A stretch of 64,000 bases of DNA from an uncultured Acidobacteriota bacterium (GCA_963700145.1 OY969474.1:1632001-1696000); one strand, 5' to 3'; shown: positions 1 through 9,290, numbered from the stretch's first letter. Translations and numbers: made by a program. The notes: generated from the sequence alone by a model not told the origin.

Positions 1-1204
1 CGTCCGGCGCCAACCATTCGAGCGTGCTGCCGCTGTGCAGCAGCAGACCGGCGCGGGCCTTGTTCCCGTACTCGGCGCGGAACGCGCGCAGGTGCGTGGC
101 GTCGGCGAGCCGCGGCCTGGCGCTGGCCTTGATTTCGATGGGGAGCAATCGGCCGCCGGTCTCGATCACGAAGTCCACTTCTTCGCCGATCGTCGTGCGC
201 CAGTAGCCGATCTCCGCGCGCTCGAGCAGCGTGTCGCGCCAGGCCAGCAGGTCGTCCAGCACGAGGTTCTCCAGATGCGCGCCGCCCGGCTCATCCTGTT
301 CGGCCAGGTGCAGCGCCACCCCGGTGTCGCCCCAGTAGATCTTGGGCGCCTTGATCAGCCGCTTGGTGCGGTTCACGGCGTAGGCGGGCAGACGCACGAG
401 CAGGTAGGAGGTCTCGAGCAGGTTGAGCCAGCGGTGCACTGTCGGCTGCGGCAGCGCCACGTCGCGCCCCAGCTCGGTCTGGTTGATGAGCTGGCCCAGG
501 CGCAGGCAGGCCGCGCGCATCAGGCGGCGGAAGTCGGGCAGCGCGCTGATCGCGGCGAGGTTCTGCAGATCGCGCTCGAGGTAGGTGCGCACATAGCCGT
601 CGAACCAGATGGTCCGGTCCTTGGGGGTCTTCAGCTCCACCGCCGGCGTGGGGAAGCCGCCGCGCCGGGCCAGCGCGCGCCAGTCGTCCGGCGCATCGGG
701 CTCGGCCGCGAGCAGGTCGCGCCACTCTTCGTCGCGCGCGGCGAGCAGCTCGCTCCAGGCTCCGCAGCGGCCCAGGCCGCGCTGCTCGCGCCGCGTCATC
801 GGCCAGAGCGTCAGGTAGCTCGCCCGACCGGCCAGCGATTCGGAGACTTGGCGCATCAGCAGCAGGTTCGCCGAGCCGGTCAGCAGGAAGCGCCCGGGCT
901 TGCGGTCGCGATCGATCGCCCGCTTCACCGCGCGGAGCAGGCCGGGCTCGCGCTGCACCTCGTCGAGCGTCACCGGCCCGGTGCCGCCCACCAGGACCTC
1001 GGGGTTGCGCCGGGCGGCGTCGAGCACGTCGAGGTCGTCGAGCGACAAGTAGCGCCGCTCGCCGGGCACGAGGCGTTCCGCCAGGGTGCTCTTGCCGGTC
1101 TGCCGCGCGCCCGTCACGACGACGGCGGGCATCACGCGCAGCCGCTCGGCAAGGGCGTTGCCGACGGCGCGAGGAAGGGTCTTCACGCCGTGAATGATAA
1201 TCAT
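1..1204 (-). CDS. AAA+ ATP-binding protein, AAA_14 + DUF4143 family (3' end runs off the window)
   Basis: Not in the ORF track (no stop in window). Manual translation from ATG 1204 (alternative GTG 1186): MIIIHGVKTLPRAV..., Walker A TGARQTGKST, Walker B LDEVQ, LLTGSANL, GGFP, C-terminal EVDFVIE...PIEIK nuclease-like motif. Confidence 0.9.
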   Translation of the reverse strand, partial: MIIIHGVKTLPRAVGNALAERLRVMPAVVVTGARQTGKSTLAERLVPGERRYLSLDDLDVLDAARRNPEVLVGGTGPVTLDEVQREPGLLRAVKRAIDRDRKPGRFLLTGSANLLLMRQVSESLAGRASYLTLWPMTRREQRGLGRCGAWSELLAARDEEWRDLLAAEPDAPDDWRALARRGGFPTPAVELKTPKDRTIWFDGYVRTYLERDLQNLAAISALPDFRRLMRAACLRLGQLINQTELGRDVALPQPTVHRWLNLLETSYLLVRLPAYAVNRTKRLIKAPKIYWGDTGVALHLAEQDEPGGAHLENLVLDDLLAWRDTLLERAEIGYWRTTIGEEVDFVIETGGRLLPIEIKASARPRLADATHLRAFRAEYGNKARAGLLLHSGSTLEWLAPD

Positions 1205-1220
1205 TCACGGCGTGAATGAT
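1182..1220. promoter_or_regulatory. Nested perfect palindromes (17-1-17 and 10-1-10) over the ATPase start; putative operator
   Basis: ttcacgccgtgaatgat-a-atcattcacggcgtgaa (1182-1216) overlaps atcattcacg-g-cgtgaatgat (1200-1220). Confidence 0.65.
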
Positions 1221-1242
1221 CAAGCCACGGGGCGCCCGGGCG

Positions 1243-1419
1243 CTAGAGCCCGCGGACTTGGACGGCGATCAGGAGCAGGGCGTAGCCGACGATCCACGCC
1301 CAGTCGCCGAGGCCGTTGCCGAGGTGCAGAACCCCGAAATGGGTCAGGATGGCGACGATGTAGAGGAGCAGGCAGATGAGCCAGGTGACGGAGCGCGGCG
1401 CTTTGCCACGGGTGGACAT
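1243..1419 (-). CDS. Small membrane protein (58 aa, two predicted TM helices)
   Basis: MSTRGKAPRSVTWLICLLLYIVAILTHFGVLHLGNGLGDWAWIVGYALLLIAVQVRGL; AAGGAGA RBS upstream; below the ORF-track cut-off. Confidence 0.75.
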   Translation of the reverse strand: MSTRGKAPRSVTWLICLLLYIVAILTHFGVLHLGNGLGDWAWIVGYALLLIAVQVRGL

Positions 1420-1484
1420 GGGGTGTCTCCTTGGGTTGAGCGGCGCCGCGGAGCATATAGGCTGAGGTGGAGAGGGGAAACCGC

Positions 1485-1964
1485 ATGCCGCTACGCCGCA
1501 CCGCCGTCCTGATGCTCCTTGCCACCCTGACCACGCCCTTCGCCGCCGGCGCCAACGGCGCCCAGCCCGCCTGCGGCGACGCCGGGCCCGCCCTCGCCGC
1601 CGCCAGCGAGCGCTGGGAGACCGCCTTCCGCAACCGCGACGCCGCCGGTGTCGCGGCCGTCTACTCGGCGGACGCGCAGCTCTTTCCGCCGAACAGCGAG
1701 ATCGTGAGCGGCCGCGAGGCCATCACCCGCTTCTACCAGGGCGCCCTCGACGCCGGGGTCGCCGAGATCCGCCTGCGCGGCGCGCCGCCCGAGTCGTCCG
1801 GCAACCTCGCCTACCGCACGACCTCCTTCACCGTCGTCGGCCGCGACGGCGCGGTGCTCGACGAGGGCAAGGCGGTCGAGATCTGGCGCTGCCTGGACGG
1901 GCGCTGGCAGTTCCACCGCGACATGTGGAACAGCCTGCGGCCGGAGCGCCCGCCTGCCGGGTAA
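1485..1964 (+). CDS. Secreted DUF4440/SnoaL-like (NTF2 fold) protein
   Basis: Signal peptide; AAVYSADA..PPN..GREAI..GK.VEIWR..DGRW...DMWN pattern. Confidence 0.85.
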   Translation: MPLRRTAVLMLLATLTTPFAAGANGAQPACGDAGPALAAASERWETAFRNRDAAGVAAVYSADAQLFPPNSEIVSGREAITRFYQGALDAGVAEIRLRGAPPESSGNLAYRTTSFTVVGRDGAVLDEGKAVEIWRCLDGRWQFHRDMWNSLRPERPPAG

Positions 1965-2022
1965 TCGCGGCAACGCCGCCTCGGCGGCGTCCAGGTCGAG
2001 CCCGGCTGAGATCCCGGTCGGT

Positions 2023-2469
2023 CTACGGCGAGGATGGGGCGGTGGGCTCGAGACTGCGAACGCTGGTGACGAAGTAATCGGTCTCGCCGAAGCAACTCGT
2101 CGGCACGCCTACGTGCTGCTCGTACTGCAGCGAGACGCGTTGCCCGAGCGTCTGGTTGATGCGCTCGGCGACCGCCGCTTCGCGCACGGAGAACTGGAAG
2201 ATCTGGGGCATGGCGCCGGGGAGATTGACCATGGCCAGCTCGCCTTCCCAGGTCTTGCAGATCCATCCCTTACGGGAGAATTTCTGGACGTACCCGGCGC
2301 GCTCCCCCTTGGAGTAGCTGTAGCTGAGCGTGATCCAGGCGTACAGCGCGAGGCCGCCGACCAGCACAAGACACAGGAGGACGAGGAAGAGGGCCGGCTT
2401 GCCGCATCCCCGGCGGGCCCGCGGGCCAGCCGCCGGCGCTGCTGGAGACGAACCGATGGACTCGTTCAT
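2023..2469 (-). CDS. Conserved membrane-anchored hypothetical protein
   Basis: One TM helix followed by YSKGERAGYVQKFSRKGWICKTWEGELAM; GGAGG RBS. Confidence 0.8.
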   Translation of the reverse strand: MNESIGSSPAAPAAGPRARRGCGKPALFLVLLCLVLVGGLALYAWITLSYSYSKGERAGYVQKFSRKGWICKTWEGELAMVNLPGAMPQIFQFSVREAAVAERINQTLGQRVSLQYEQHVGVPTSCFGETDYFVTSVRSLEPTAPSSP

Positions 2470-2502
2470 CGCGATCCCTCCCGTCCAGAGATCACTCTAT
2501 TC

Positions 2503-3480
2503 TCACTCGATCGTTAGCACGATCTTGCCGAACACCCCGCCGCGCGCGAGCGCGGCGAAGGCTTCGGGGGCCTGCTCGAAGGGGAGGACGCGGTCGACGA
2601 CCGGGCGGAGGCGGCCGTCGGCGAGGCGCGGGAGGGCGAAGTCGGCGAAGGCGGCGACGAGGTGGGCCTTCTCGTCGCGCGGGCGGGCGCGGAGGACGGT
2701 GCCGATCAGGCGCAGCCGGCGGCGGAGGACGAGGGCGAGGTCGAGCTCGGCGCGGGCGCCGGCTAGGAGGCCGGCGACGACGAGCCGGCCGCCGGGCGCG
2801 AGCGCCGCGAGCCGCGCCGCCACCTCGGCGCCGCCGACGAAGTCGAGCACGACGTCGATGCCCGCCCCGCCCGCCGCCGCGCGCAGCCGCTCGGCGTAGC
2901 CCTCCCCCTCCGGCACCAGCGCCTCGATCCCGAACTCCCGCAGCCGCGCGAGCCGCGCCGCGTCGCGCGCCGAGGCGACGACCCGCGCCCCCAGCTCGCG
3001 CGCCAGCTGGACGGCGAACGTGCCCATGCCGCCGGTGGCGCCGGTGACGAGCGCCGTCTCGCCGGCCCGCAAGCCGCCCTCGACGACCATGTGCGTCCAG
3101 GCGGTGAGCCCCGCTTCCGGCACCGCCGCGGCCTCGACGAGCGACAGGTTCTCCGGCACCCGCATGCACTGACCCGAAGGCGCCGCCACCCGGGTGGCGA
3201 GCCCGCCGCCGCCGAGGAGGGCCATCGCCCGGTCTCCTTCGCGCCACCCCTCGACCCCCTCCCCCACCGCCAGCACCGTCCCCGCGCACTCCAGCCCCGG
3301 CACCTCCGGCTCGCCGGGCGGCGGCGGGTAGTGGCCGCGGAGCTGGAGGAGGTCGGCGTGGTTGAGCCCGGCCGCCGCCACGGCGAGGAGCACCTCGCCG
3401 GGCCCGGGGACCGGGTCGGGGAGGGTGCCGAGGCGGGGCGTGGGGTCGGCGGGGTCGGTCGTCGGGAGGACGGCGCGCAC
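2503..3480 (-). CDS. NAD(P)H-quinone oxidoreductase (PIG3/zeta-crystallin MDR family)
   Basis: AAGLNHADLLQ..GHYPPP, PGLECAG, TGATGGMG, GKIVL; GTG start 3480. Confidence 0.9.
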   Translation of the reverse strand: MRAVLPTTDPADPTPRLGTLPDPVPGPGEVLLAVAAAGLNHADLLQLRGHYPPPPGEPEVPGLECAGTVLAVGEGVEGWREGDRAMALLGGGGLATRVAAPSGQCMRVPENLSLVEAAAVPEAGLTAWTHMVVEGGLRAGETALVTGATGGMGTFAVQLARELGARVVASARDAARLARLREFGIEALVPEGEGYAERLRAAAGGAGIDVVLDFVGGAEVAARLAALAPGGRLVVAGLLAGARAELDLALVLRRRLRLIGTVLRARPRDEKAHLVAAFADFALPRLADGRLRPVVDRVLPFEQAPEAFAALARGGVFGKIVLTIE

Positions 3481-3497
3481 GGTCGCCGGCCGCGGGC

Positions 3498-4367
3498 TCA
3501 GGCCGGGACGACGTCCAGCGGTGCCGGCGCCGCGGCCGTCTGGGGCAGGGGCGGCCCGTCCAAGGTCACCTTGGAGGGCCCGTTCGCGTTCCACTGCGCC
3601 TGCACGGTCGTCTGCGGCTTGGTCGCGCCGATCTCCGGCCGCAGGTGCATCGTGGCGGTGAGGCCTTCGCCCGTGCGCTTGATGACCGTCGGGAGCGCCA
3701 GGACCGGCGGCTCGAGCGGGCCCTTGTTGACGCCCAGCGGGTCGTCCTGGGTGTCCAGGACGCGCTTCATCTCGACCGCCGCGGCGAACCCCGAGAGTGG
3801 ATCGAACATCCCCGACCACGTCGTGAAGCTCGTCTTCTGGAACTTGTTGTTGCGGTGGTCGAGGCCGTAGAGGTTGCGGTAGCAGGCGTCCGTCACCTGC
3901 GAGAACCGGCCGGCCCAGCGGACGCAGGGGAGGAAGACCTCGCCGTTCGGGGAGGCCCCGGCCTTCCAGGCGTAGACGGTGCCGCGCCACCACTGCTTCC
4001 AGCCCGGGATGCCGTCGAGCACGAAGCAGAGCGCCGGCAGGAGCCAGTAGGCGGCGTGGGGGTCGGGGGCGAACTGCTCGCTCGTCGCTCCGACCGTCCA
4101 GATGCCGTTCTGGACCTGCGACGTCCCCTCGCGCTCGAGGTGCTTGCGCAGGCCGGCGAGGGTGGCGTCATCCGCCGCTCCCGCGCCCCAGCGCTTGAGC
4201 CATTCGAGCCCCAGCGCCCACCCCATCATGCGGTGGTTCGGCGACTGCTGCTTCGCCCCCGAGTCGGGCAGCGCCATGAGCTGCGGCGAGGGGCGCTCCA
4301 CCTTCTCGCCGCGGACGGTGCGGACCAGCGCCGGCCACTGGTACTGCTCCCAGCCCTGGCCTGCCAT
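3498..4367 (-). CDS. Hypothetical Trp-rich protein (289 aa)
   Basis: C-terminal part of ORF 3498..6224; ATG overlaps the acyl-CoA dehydrogenase stop (TGATG); normal codon usage. Confidence 0.75.
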   Translation of the reverse strand: MAGQGWEQYQWPALVRTVRGEKVERPSPQLMALPDSGAKQQSPNHRMMGWALGLEWLKRWGAGAADDATLAGLRKHLEREGTSQVQNGIWTVGATSEQFAPDPHAAYWLLPALCFVLDGIPGWKQWWRGTVYAWKAGASPNGEVFLPCVRWAGRFSQVTDACYRNLYGLDHRNNKFQKTSFTTWSGMFDPLSGFAAAVEMKRVLDTQDDPLGVNKGPLEPPVLALPTVIKRTGEGLTATMHLRPEIGATKPQTTVQAQWNANGPSKVTLDGPPLPQTAAAPAPLDVVPA

Positions 4368-6298
4368 CAGTGGGTGACCACCGGCCGCGCCTGGGGCTGG
4401 ACCTCGGCCGGCGCCGGCTCGCCCATCGGGCTCGCGGGTTTGACGGACTGCTGGGTCTGCTCCTCGAGCCCCAGGATCCCCTCCTCCAGCCAGGCGTGGT
4501 CGCCGGCGAGGACGCGCAGCGCGGTCTTGTACTTCCGCACGTCGTCGTTGCGCCAGAGGTCGCTGAAGAGGTTCGCGATCTTGCGGCGGGCGCCGCGGCA
4601 GAAGAGGTCGGCGAGCTCGAGCGCCTTGTCGGCCTCCGGGTGCCCGGCGCGGCGCATCGCGTCGGCGCGCGCCACCGAGGCGGCGATCGCGAACAGCTCG
4701 TTCGCCACGTCCACCAGCCGGAAGAGGAAGGCCTGCTTGTTCTGGAGCTTCGCCTGGTGGACGACCATGCCGTGGAAGACCTGGCGGGAGAGCCGCCGGC
4801 AGTTGCGCTCGACGAAGCGCAGGTGCCCGGCGAGCAAGCCGAACTCCGCGTAGCGCGGCCACTGCCCCCAGCCCAGCCAGCGAGTCGGGTACCAGGTGCC
4901 GTAGAAGGCGGCCATCTTGGGCAGCTCGGCGAGCTTCTCCTGCAGGCTCTTCTCGGGCTCGATCAGCGCCCCGGCCACCTCCAGGTGCTTGTCCACCGCC
5001 TCGCGCGCCATGAAGAGGTGCATGATCTCCGACGATCCCTCGAAGATCTTGTTGATGCGGTAGTCGCGCATCATGCGCTCGACCCCGATCGGCGCCTCGC
5101 CGCGGCCGGCGAGCGAGGTCTCGGTCTCGTAGCCGCGGCCGCCGCGCACCTGCATCGTGTCGTCGACGATCTCCCAGGTGCGGTCGGTGTTCCACTCCTT
5201 GCACGCCGCGGCCTCGAGACGGATGTCGTAGCCGCCGCGGTCGCTCATCGCGGTGGCCAAGGCGGCGATCGACTCCATGGCGAAGGTCACCGCCGCCATG
5301 TTGGCGATCTTGTGCGCGACCGCCTCGTGCTTGCCGACCGGCTTGCCCCACTGCACCCGCTCGCTCGCCCACTTGCGGCAGATCTCGAGGCAGAGCTTGG
5401 CGGTGCCGACCGAGCCGTTGGGGATCGACAGGCGCCCGTCGTTGAGGGTGGTGAGGGCGATCTTGAGACCCTTGCCCTCCTCGCCGATCAGGTTCTCGCG
5501 CGGCACCCGCACGTCCTTGAAGGAGATGACGGCGTTGGCGAGGGCCCGCAGCCCCATGAAGTGGCAGCGGTACTCGACCTTGACTCCCGGCCAGGCGGTC
5601 TCGACGACGTAGGCGCTGATCTTCTTGGTCTTGGGGTCGCGCGCCATGACGACGAGGAGCTTGGCGAGCGTGCCGTTGGTGCACCAGAGCTTCTCGCCGT
5701 TGAGGACGTATTCGCTGCCGTCGGCGGTGAGCTCGGCCGAGGTCTGGAGGCGGGCCGGGTCGGACCCGACCTGCGCCTCGGTCAGCGCGAAGGCGGAGAG
5801 CTCGCCCGCGGCGCAGCGCGGCAGGTACTTCTTCTTGAGCTCCTCCGAGCCGAAGAGCTTGAGCGGCTGCGGCACGCCGATCGACTGGTGGGCCGAGAGC
5901 AGCGCCATCAGGTTCCCGTCGACACTGCAGACGAGCTGCATGATCCGGTTGTACTCGGTGTTGGTGAAGCCCAGGCCCCCGTACTTCTTGGGGATCTTCA
6001 TGCCGAAGGCGCCGAGCTTGCGGAAGCCGTCGACGACCGATTCGGGGTACTCGCCGGTGGTGTCGATCTGCACGGGGTCCACGTGGTCGCGCAGGAACTC
6101 CTTGAAGGCGCGGTAGAAGGCCGCGAACTCCGGCCGCTCCTCGCCCGGCAGCGGGTAGGGTTGGAGCAGGTCCAGGCGGAAGTTGCCGAGGAACAGCTCG
6201 CGCATGAAGCTCGGCTGCGCCCACTCGGCCGTGCGCGAGGCCTCCGCCACCTTGCGCGACTCGAGCTCGCCGATCTGCTGCTGGTCTTTGGTCGCCAT
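4367..6298 (-). CDS. Acyl-CoA dehydrogenase (long, VLCAD/ACAD9-like)
   Basis: AFALTEAQVGSDPA, LNGEKLWCTNG, GGRGYE, RINKIFEGSSEI. Confidence 0.95.
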   Translation of the reverse strand: MATKDQQQIGELESRKVAEASRTAEWAQPSFMRELFLGNFRLDLLQPYPLPGEERPEFAAFYRAFKEFLRDHVDPVQIDTTGEYPESVVDGFRKLGAFGMKIPKKYGGLGFTNTEYNRIMQLVCSVDGNLMALLSAHQSIGVPQPLKLFGSEELKKKYLPRCAAGELSAFALTEAQVGSDPARLQTSAELTADGSEYVLNGEKLWCTNGTLAKLLVVMARDPKTKKISAYVVETAWPGVKVEYRCHFMGLRALANAVISFKDVRVPRENLIGEEGKGLKIALTTLNDGRLSIPNGSVGTAKLCLEICRKWASERVQWGKPVGKHEAVAHKIANMAAVTFAMESIAALATAMSDRGGYDIRLEAAACKEWNTDRTWEIVDDTMQVRGGRGYETETSLAGRGEAPIGVERMMRDYRINKIFEGSSEIMHLFMAREAVDKHLEVAGALIEPEKSLQEKLAELPKMAAFYGTWYPTRWLGWGQWPRYAEFGLLAGHLRFVERNCRRLSRQVFHGMVVHQAKLQNKQAFLFRLVDVANELFAIAASVARADAMRRAGHPEADKALELADLFCRGARRKIANLFSDLWRNDDVRKYKTALRVLAGDHAWLEEGILGLEEQTQQSVKPASPMGEPAPAEVQPQARPVVTH

Positions 6299-6451
6299 GA
6301 AGTCCCCCTCGTCGGGATGGTGGGATGCTACCGCGGCCGGGACTCTGCCCTTTATGCCGCAGTGCGACATTGTACCAGCGGCGGCGCCGATTCGGCGCTT
6401 CAGAGGCCGGCGGCGTCAGCGACGGCGGTCAAGAACCTGCGGAGGGCGACG

Positions 6452-6701
6452 TCAGCTCGCACCACTCCCGACTGCCTCCCGTAGCCGCTTCACCGCCGCC
6501 GCGTTGATCCCGCCGCGCGTAGGGCGCCCAGTCCCACCAGTCGAGCATCGCCTGGGTCTTGAAGTCGGTCCAGGCCCCCGGCTCTCGCTCCATGACGAAG
6601 ATCGCCGCGAACGGCTGCAAAGAGGGCGATCTCGAAGCACAGCAGCGGCGCACCTCAGGGATGCTCTCCACGGCGGCGCGGACGCGCTCGACGACGTCCA
6701 T
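6452..6701 (-). pseudogene. Probable decayed MntA-type nucleotidyltransferase antitoxin remnant
   Basis: MDVVERVRAAVESIPEVR... then FKTQAMLDWWDWAPYARR continues in another frame as INAAAVKRLREAV; GS/DxD core absent; TAAGAT 6 nt before ATG. Confidence 0.45.
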
Positions 6702-6710
6702 TGAGCGATC

Positions 6711-7625
6711 TTAGCCCGGATCTGCGACAGGGCTCGCAGGCGGGTGCGCGGCACGCAGGGCGAGGGCCACGCCGGCGGCGACGAGGGCGACGCCGGCGAG
6801 CATGCGGGGGGTGATCGGCTCGTCGAGCGCCACGGCGCCGATGACGACCGCCAGGACCGGCGCCGTGTAGGCGACGAGCGCGACGTGCGTCGCCGGCAGG
6901 TGCTGGAGGAGCCAGAAGTAGAGGCTGAACGCCACCGCCGAACCGACCAGCGCCAGATAGAGGAGCGCGGCGACCGACGGCCCGTCGAAAGTGACCGGCC
7001 GCCCCCGCTCTACCGCCGCCGCCAGCGCCCCCATGATCCCCCCGGTCAACAGCATCGGCACCGCGGTCAGCGACAGCGGATGGATCCCCGCCCCCCACCG
7101 CTTGATCGCGATCTGCGCAATCGCCGACACCAGCGGCGCCAGCAGCAGCACGAACGCAGCGATCTCCGCCCGCCGCCCCCCGAGCGGCTCGAAGTCCCCC
7201 GAAAACAGCACCGCGATCCCCACGAACCCCACCGCCACCCCCACCAAGCGCGCCGGCGTCAACCGCTCCCCCGGCACCGCAAAATGCGCCATCACCGCCA
7301 CCAACAGCGGAAACACCGCGAACAACACCGCCGCCAACCCCGAAGGCACCCACTGCTCGGCCCAGTACACGATCCCGTACGACCCGCAGAACGTGCACAG
7401 CGCATTCACCACCCACAACCGCCGCTCCACCGCCGTCCGACCCAGCGGCGCCCGAACCCCCCAAACCACCAACAGCAGCGCAACCCCCGCAATCGCAAAC
7501 CGCAGCGCCACCCCAGTAAACGGCGGCACGCCGCCAAGCCCAACGCGGATCGCAGCCCAAGTGGTGCCCCAGATGAGCGTGAGGAGGCCGAGAACCAGAT
7601 ACGACACAAGTCGCGTAGGAGGCAT
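6711..7625 (-). CDS. EamA/DMT family transporter
   Basis: IWGTTW, 10 hydrophobic segments, YLALVGS, LDEPIT. Confidence 0.9.
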   Translation of the reverse strand: MPPTRLVSYLVLGLLTLIWGTTWAAIRVGLGGVPPFTGVALRFAIAGVALLLVVWGVRAPLGRTAVERRLWVVNALCTFCGSYGIVYWAEQWVPSGLAAVLFAVFPLLVAVMAHFAVPGERLTPARLVGVAVGFVGIAVLFSGDFEPLGGRRAEIAAFVLLLAPLVSAIAQIAIKRWGAGIHPLSLTAVPMLLTGGIMGALAAAVERGRPVTFDGPSVAALLYLALVGSAVAFSLYFWLLQHLPATHVALVAYTAPVLAVVIGAVALDEPITPRMLAGVALVAAGVALALRAAHPPASPVADPG

Positions 7626-7637
7626 CTTTCCCCCGCC

Positions 7638-7664
7638 CAGATCCTTCGCTTCGCTCAGGATGAC
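7638..7664 (-). repeat. Short REP-like palindrome GTCATCCTGAGCGAAGCGAAGGATCTG
   Basis: atcct-tcgcttcgctc-aggat hairpin; matches a dispersed intergenic repeat type I recognise (reads VILSEAKDL). Confidence 0.65.
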
Positions 7665-7698
7665 GGTCTTACGGTTGTACCGTTGACTCGCCAACGGA

Positions 7699-7863
7699 GG
7701 GTCGCGCCGGGCGCTCTCCCCCGGGGAGCTCTCCGCAAGCGCCGGCAACGCCCTTCTCAGTCCACCACCGACCCCGCGCGCAGCGGAGCGCAGGCGCGCG
7801 CCCACCCCGAGCATTCCACAAAGCGCGCGCCGGTCCCCCGGGGGAGAGCGCCCGGCGCGACCC
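7699..7863 (-). repeat. Structured dispersed element, copy A (165 bp)
   Basis: Perfect 28-bp inverted repeat (7699-7726/7836-7863) enclosing ACCGGCGCGCGC...GGCGCGCGCCTGCGCTCCGCTGCGCG...GGGCGTTGCCGGCGCTTGCGGAGAGCT on the minus strand. Confidence 0.85.
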
Positions 7864-7894
7864 GGGCTCCGCGCGCTCGCCCCTCTCCTACCGC

Positions 7895-9214
7895 CTATGG
7901 ATAGATCTTGTGCAACATGCGCGGGTAAGGGATGGTCTCGCGCAGGTGATGGAGCCCGCCCATCCATGCCACGAAGCGCTCCAACCCCATCCCGAACCCA
8001 CTATGCGGAAACGCCCCATACCGCCGCACATCCAGATACCACTGAAACGCCTCGATCGGCAGATTGTGCTGGCGAATGCGCGCCAGCAGCAACTCGTGCT
8101 CGTGGATCCTCTGACTCCCCCCGATGATCTCCCCGTACCCCTCCGGCGCCAGCATGTCCAACCCCAGCACCACCTTCGCGTCCTCCGGGTCCGGCTGCAT
8201 GTAAAACGCCTTGAACGCCGCCGGGAACCGCGTCACCATCACCGGCCGGTCGTACCGCGCCGCCACCGCCGTCTCCTCGTCGGCGCCGAAATCGTCCCCC
8301 CACTGAATCGGGTTCCCCTCCGCCTGGAGCTGCGCGACCGCCTCCGTGTACGTGATCCGCGGAAACGGCGGCGCCACCCGCTCGAGCGGCGCCGGGTCCC
8401 GCTCCAGGACCTTCAGGTCCTCGCGGCAGCGGTCCAGCACGCGCGCCACCAGCTCGCAGACGAACTCCTCCGCCAGCGCGCACAGCCCCTCGAACTCCAG
8501 GAACGCCACCTCCGGCTCCACCATCCAGAACTCCATGAGGTGGCGCCGGGTCTTGCTCTTCTCGGCGCGGAACGTGGGCCCGAAGCAGTACACCTTGCCG
8601 AGCGCCGCCGCCGCCGGCTCCAGGTAGAGCTGCCCGGACTGCGAGAGGTACGCCTTCTCGCCGAAGTAGTCGGTCTCGAAGAGCGTCGAGGTCCCCTCGC
8701 AGGCCGCCGGCGTCAGGATCGGCGAGTCGATCAGCGTGAAGTCGCGGGTATGGAAGAAGTCGCGGATCGCCTGCGACACCTCGCTCCGGAGCTTGAGCGC
8801 GGCGCGCTGGCGGCTGGAGCGCAGCCAGAGGTGGCGGTGCTCCATGAGGAACGCCACCCCGTGCTCCTTGGGGCTGATCGGGAACTCCTCGGTGAGCTGC
8901 TCGACACGGAAGTCGGTGAGCTGGATCTCCACCCCGCCCGGCGCCCGGCGGTCCTCCTTGACGCGCCCGGAGAGCGCGACGGTCGATTCCTGCGTCGCCC
9001 GCTCGACCTCCGCCCACGCCGCCTCCGGCAGGTCCGCCCGGCTCGCCACCGCCTGCACCACCGCCCCGCCCAGCCGTACCTGGAGAAAGGCGATCTTCCC
9101 CGACGAGCGCTTCCCGTCGATCCACCCCCGCAGCGCCACCTCCTGCCCGGCGTGGGCGGGCAGCTCGCGGAAGGAGGGGGACGGGAGCGGCGGGGCGGGC
9201 GTGGTCGTCGCCAT
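7895..9214 (-). CDS. asnS: Asparagine--tRNA ligase
   Basis: YLSQSGQLY, FGPTFRAEKSKTRRHLMEFWM, GEIIGGSQR, PHSGFGMGLER. Confidence 0.97.
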   Translation of the reverse strand: MATTTPAPPLPSPSFRELPAHAGQEVALRGWIDGKRSSGKIAFLQVRLGGAVVQAVASRADLPEAAWAEVERATQESTVALSGRVKEDRRAPGGVEIQLTDFRVEQLTEEFPISPKEHGVAFLMEHRHLWLRSSRQRAALKLRSEVSQAIRDFFHTRDFTLIDSPILTPAACEGTSTLFETDYFGEKAYLSQSGQLYLEPAAAALGKVYCFGPTFRAEKSKTRRHLMEFWMVEPEVAFLEFEGLCALAEEFVCELVARVLDRCREDLKVLERDPAPLERVAPPFPRITYTEAVAQLQAEGNPIQWGDDFGADEETAVAARYDRPVMVTRFPAAFKAFYMQPDPEDAKVVLGLDMLAPEGYGEIIGGSQRIHEHELLLARIRQHNLPIEAFQWYLDVRRYGAFPHSGFGMGLERFVAWMGGLHHLRETIPYPRMLHKIYP

Positions 9215-9290
9215 GGGGCGCGGATTCTAGCAGCGGGTTTCACCCCGCCCCGGTGTACACTTCGGTAAGGAATCTCCAGGAGGGTAAGGA

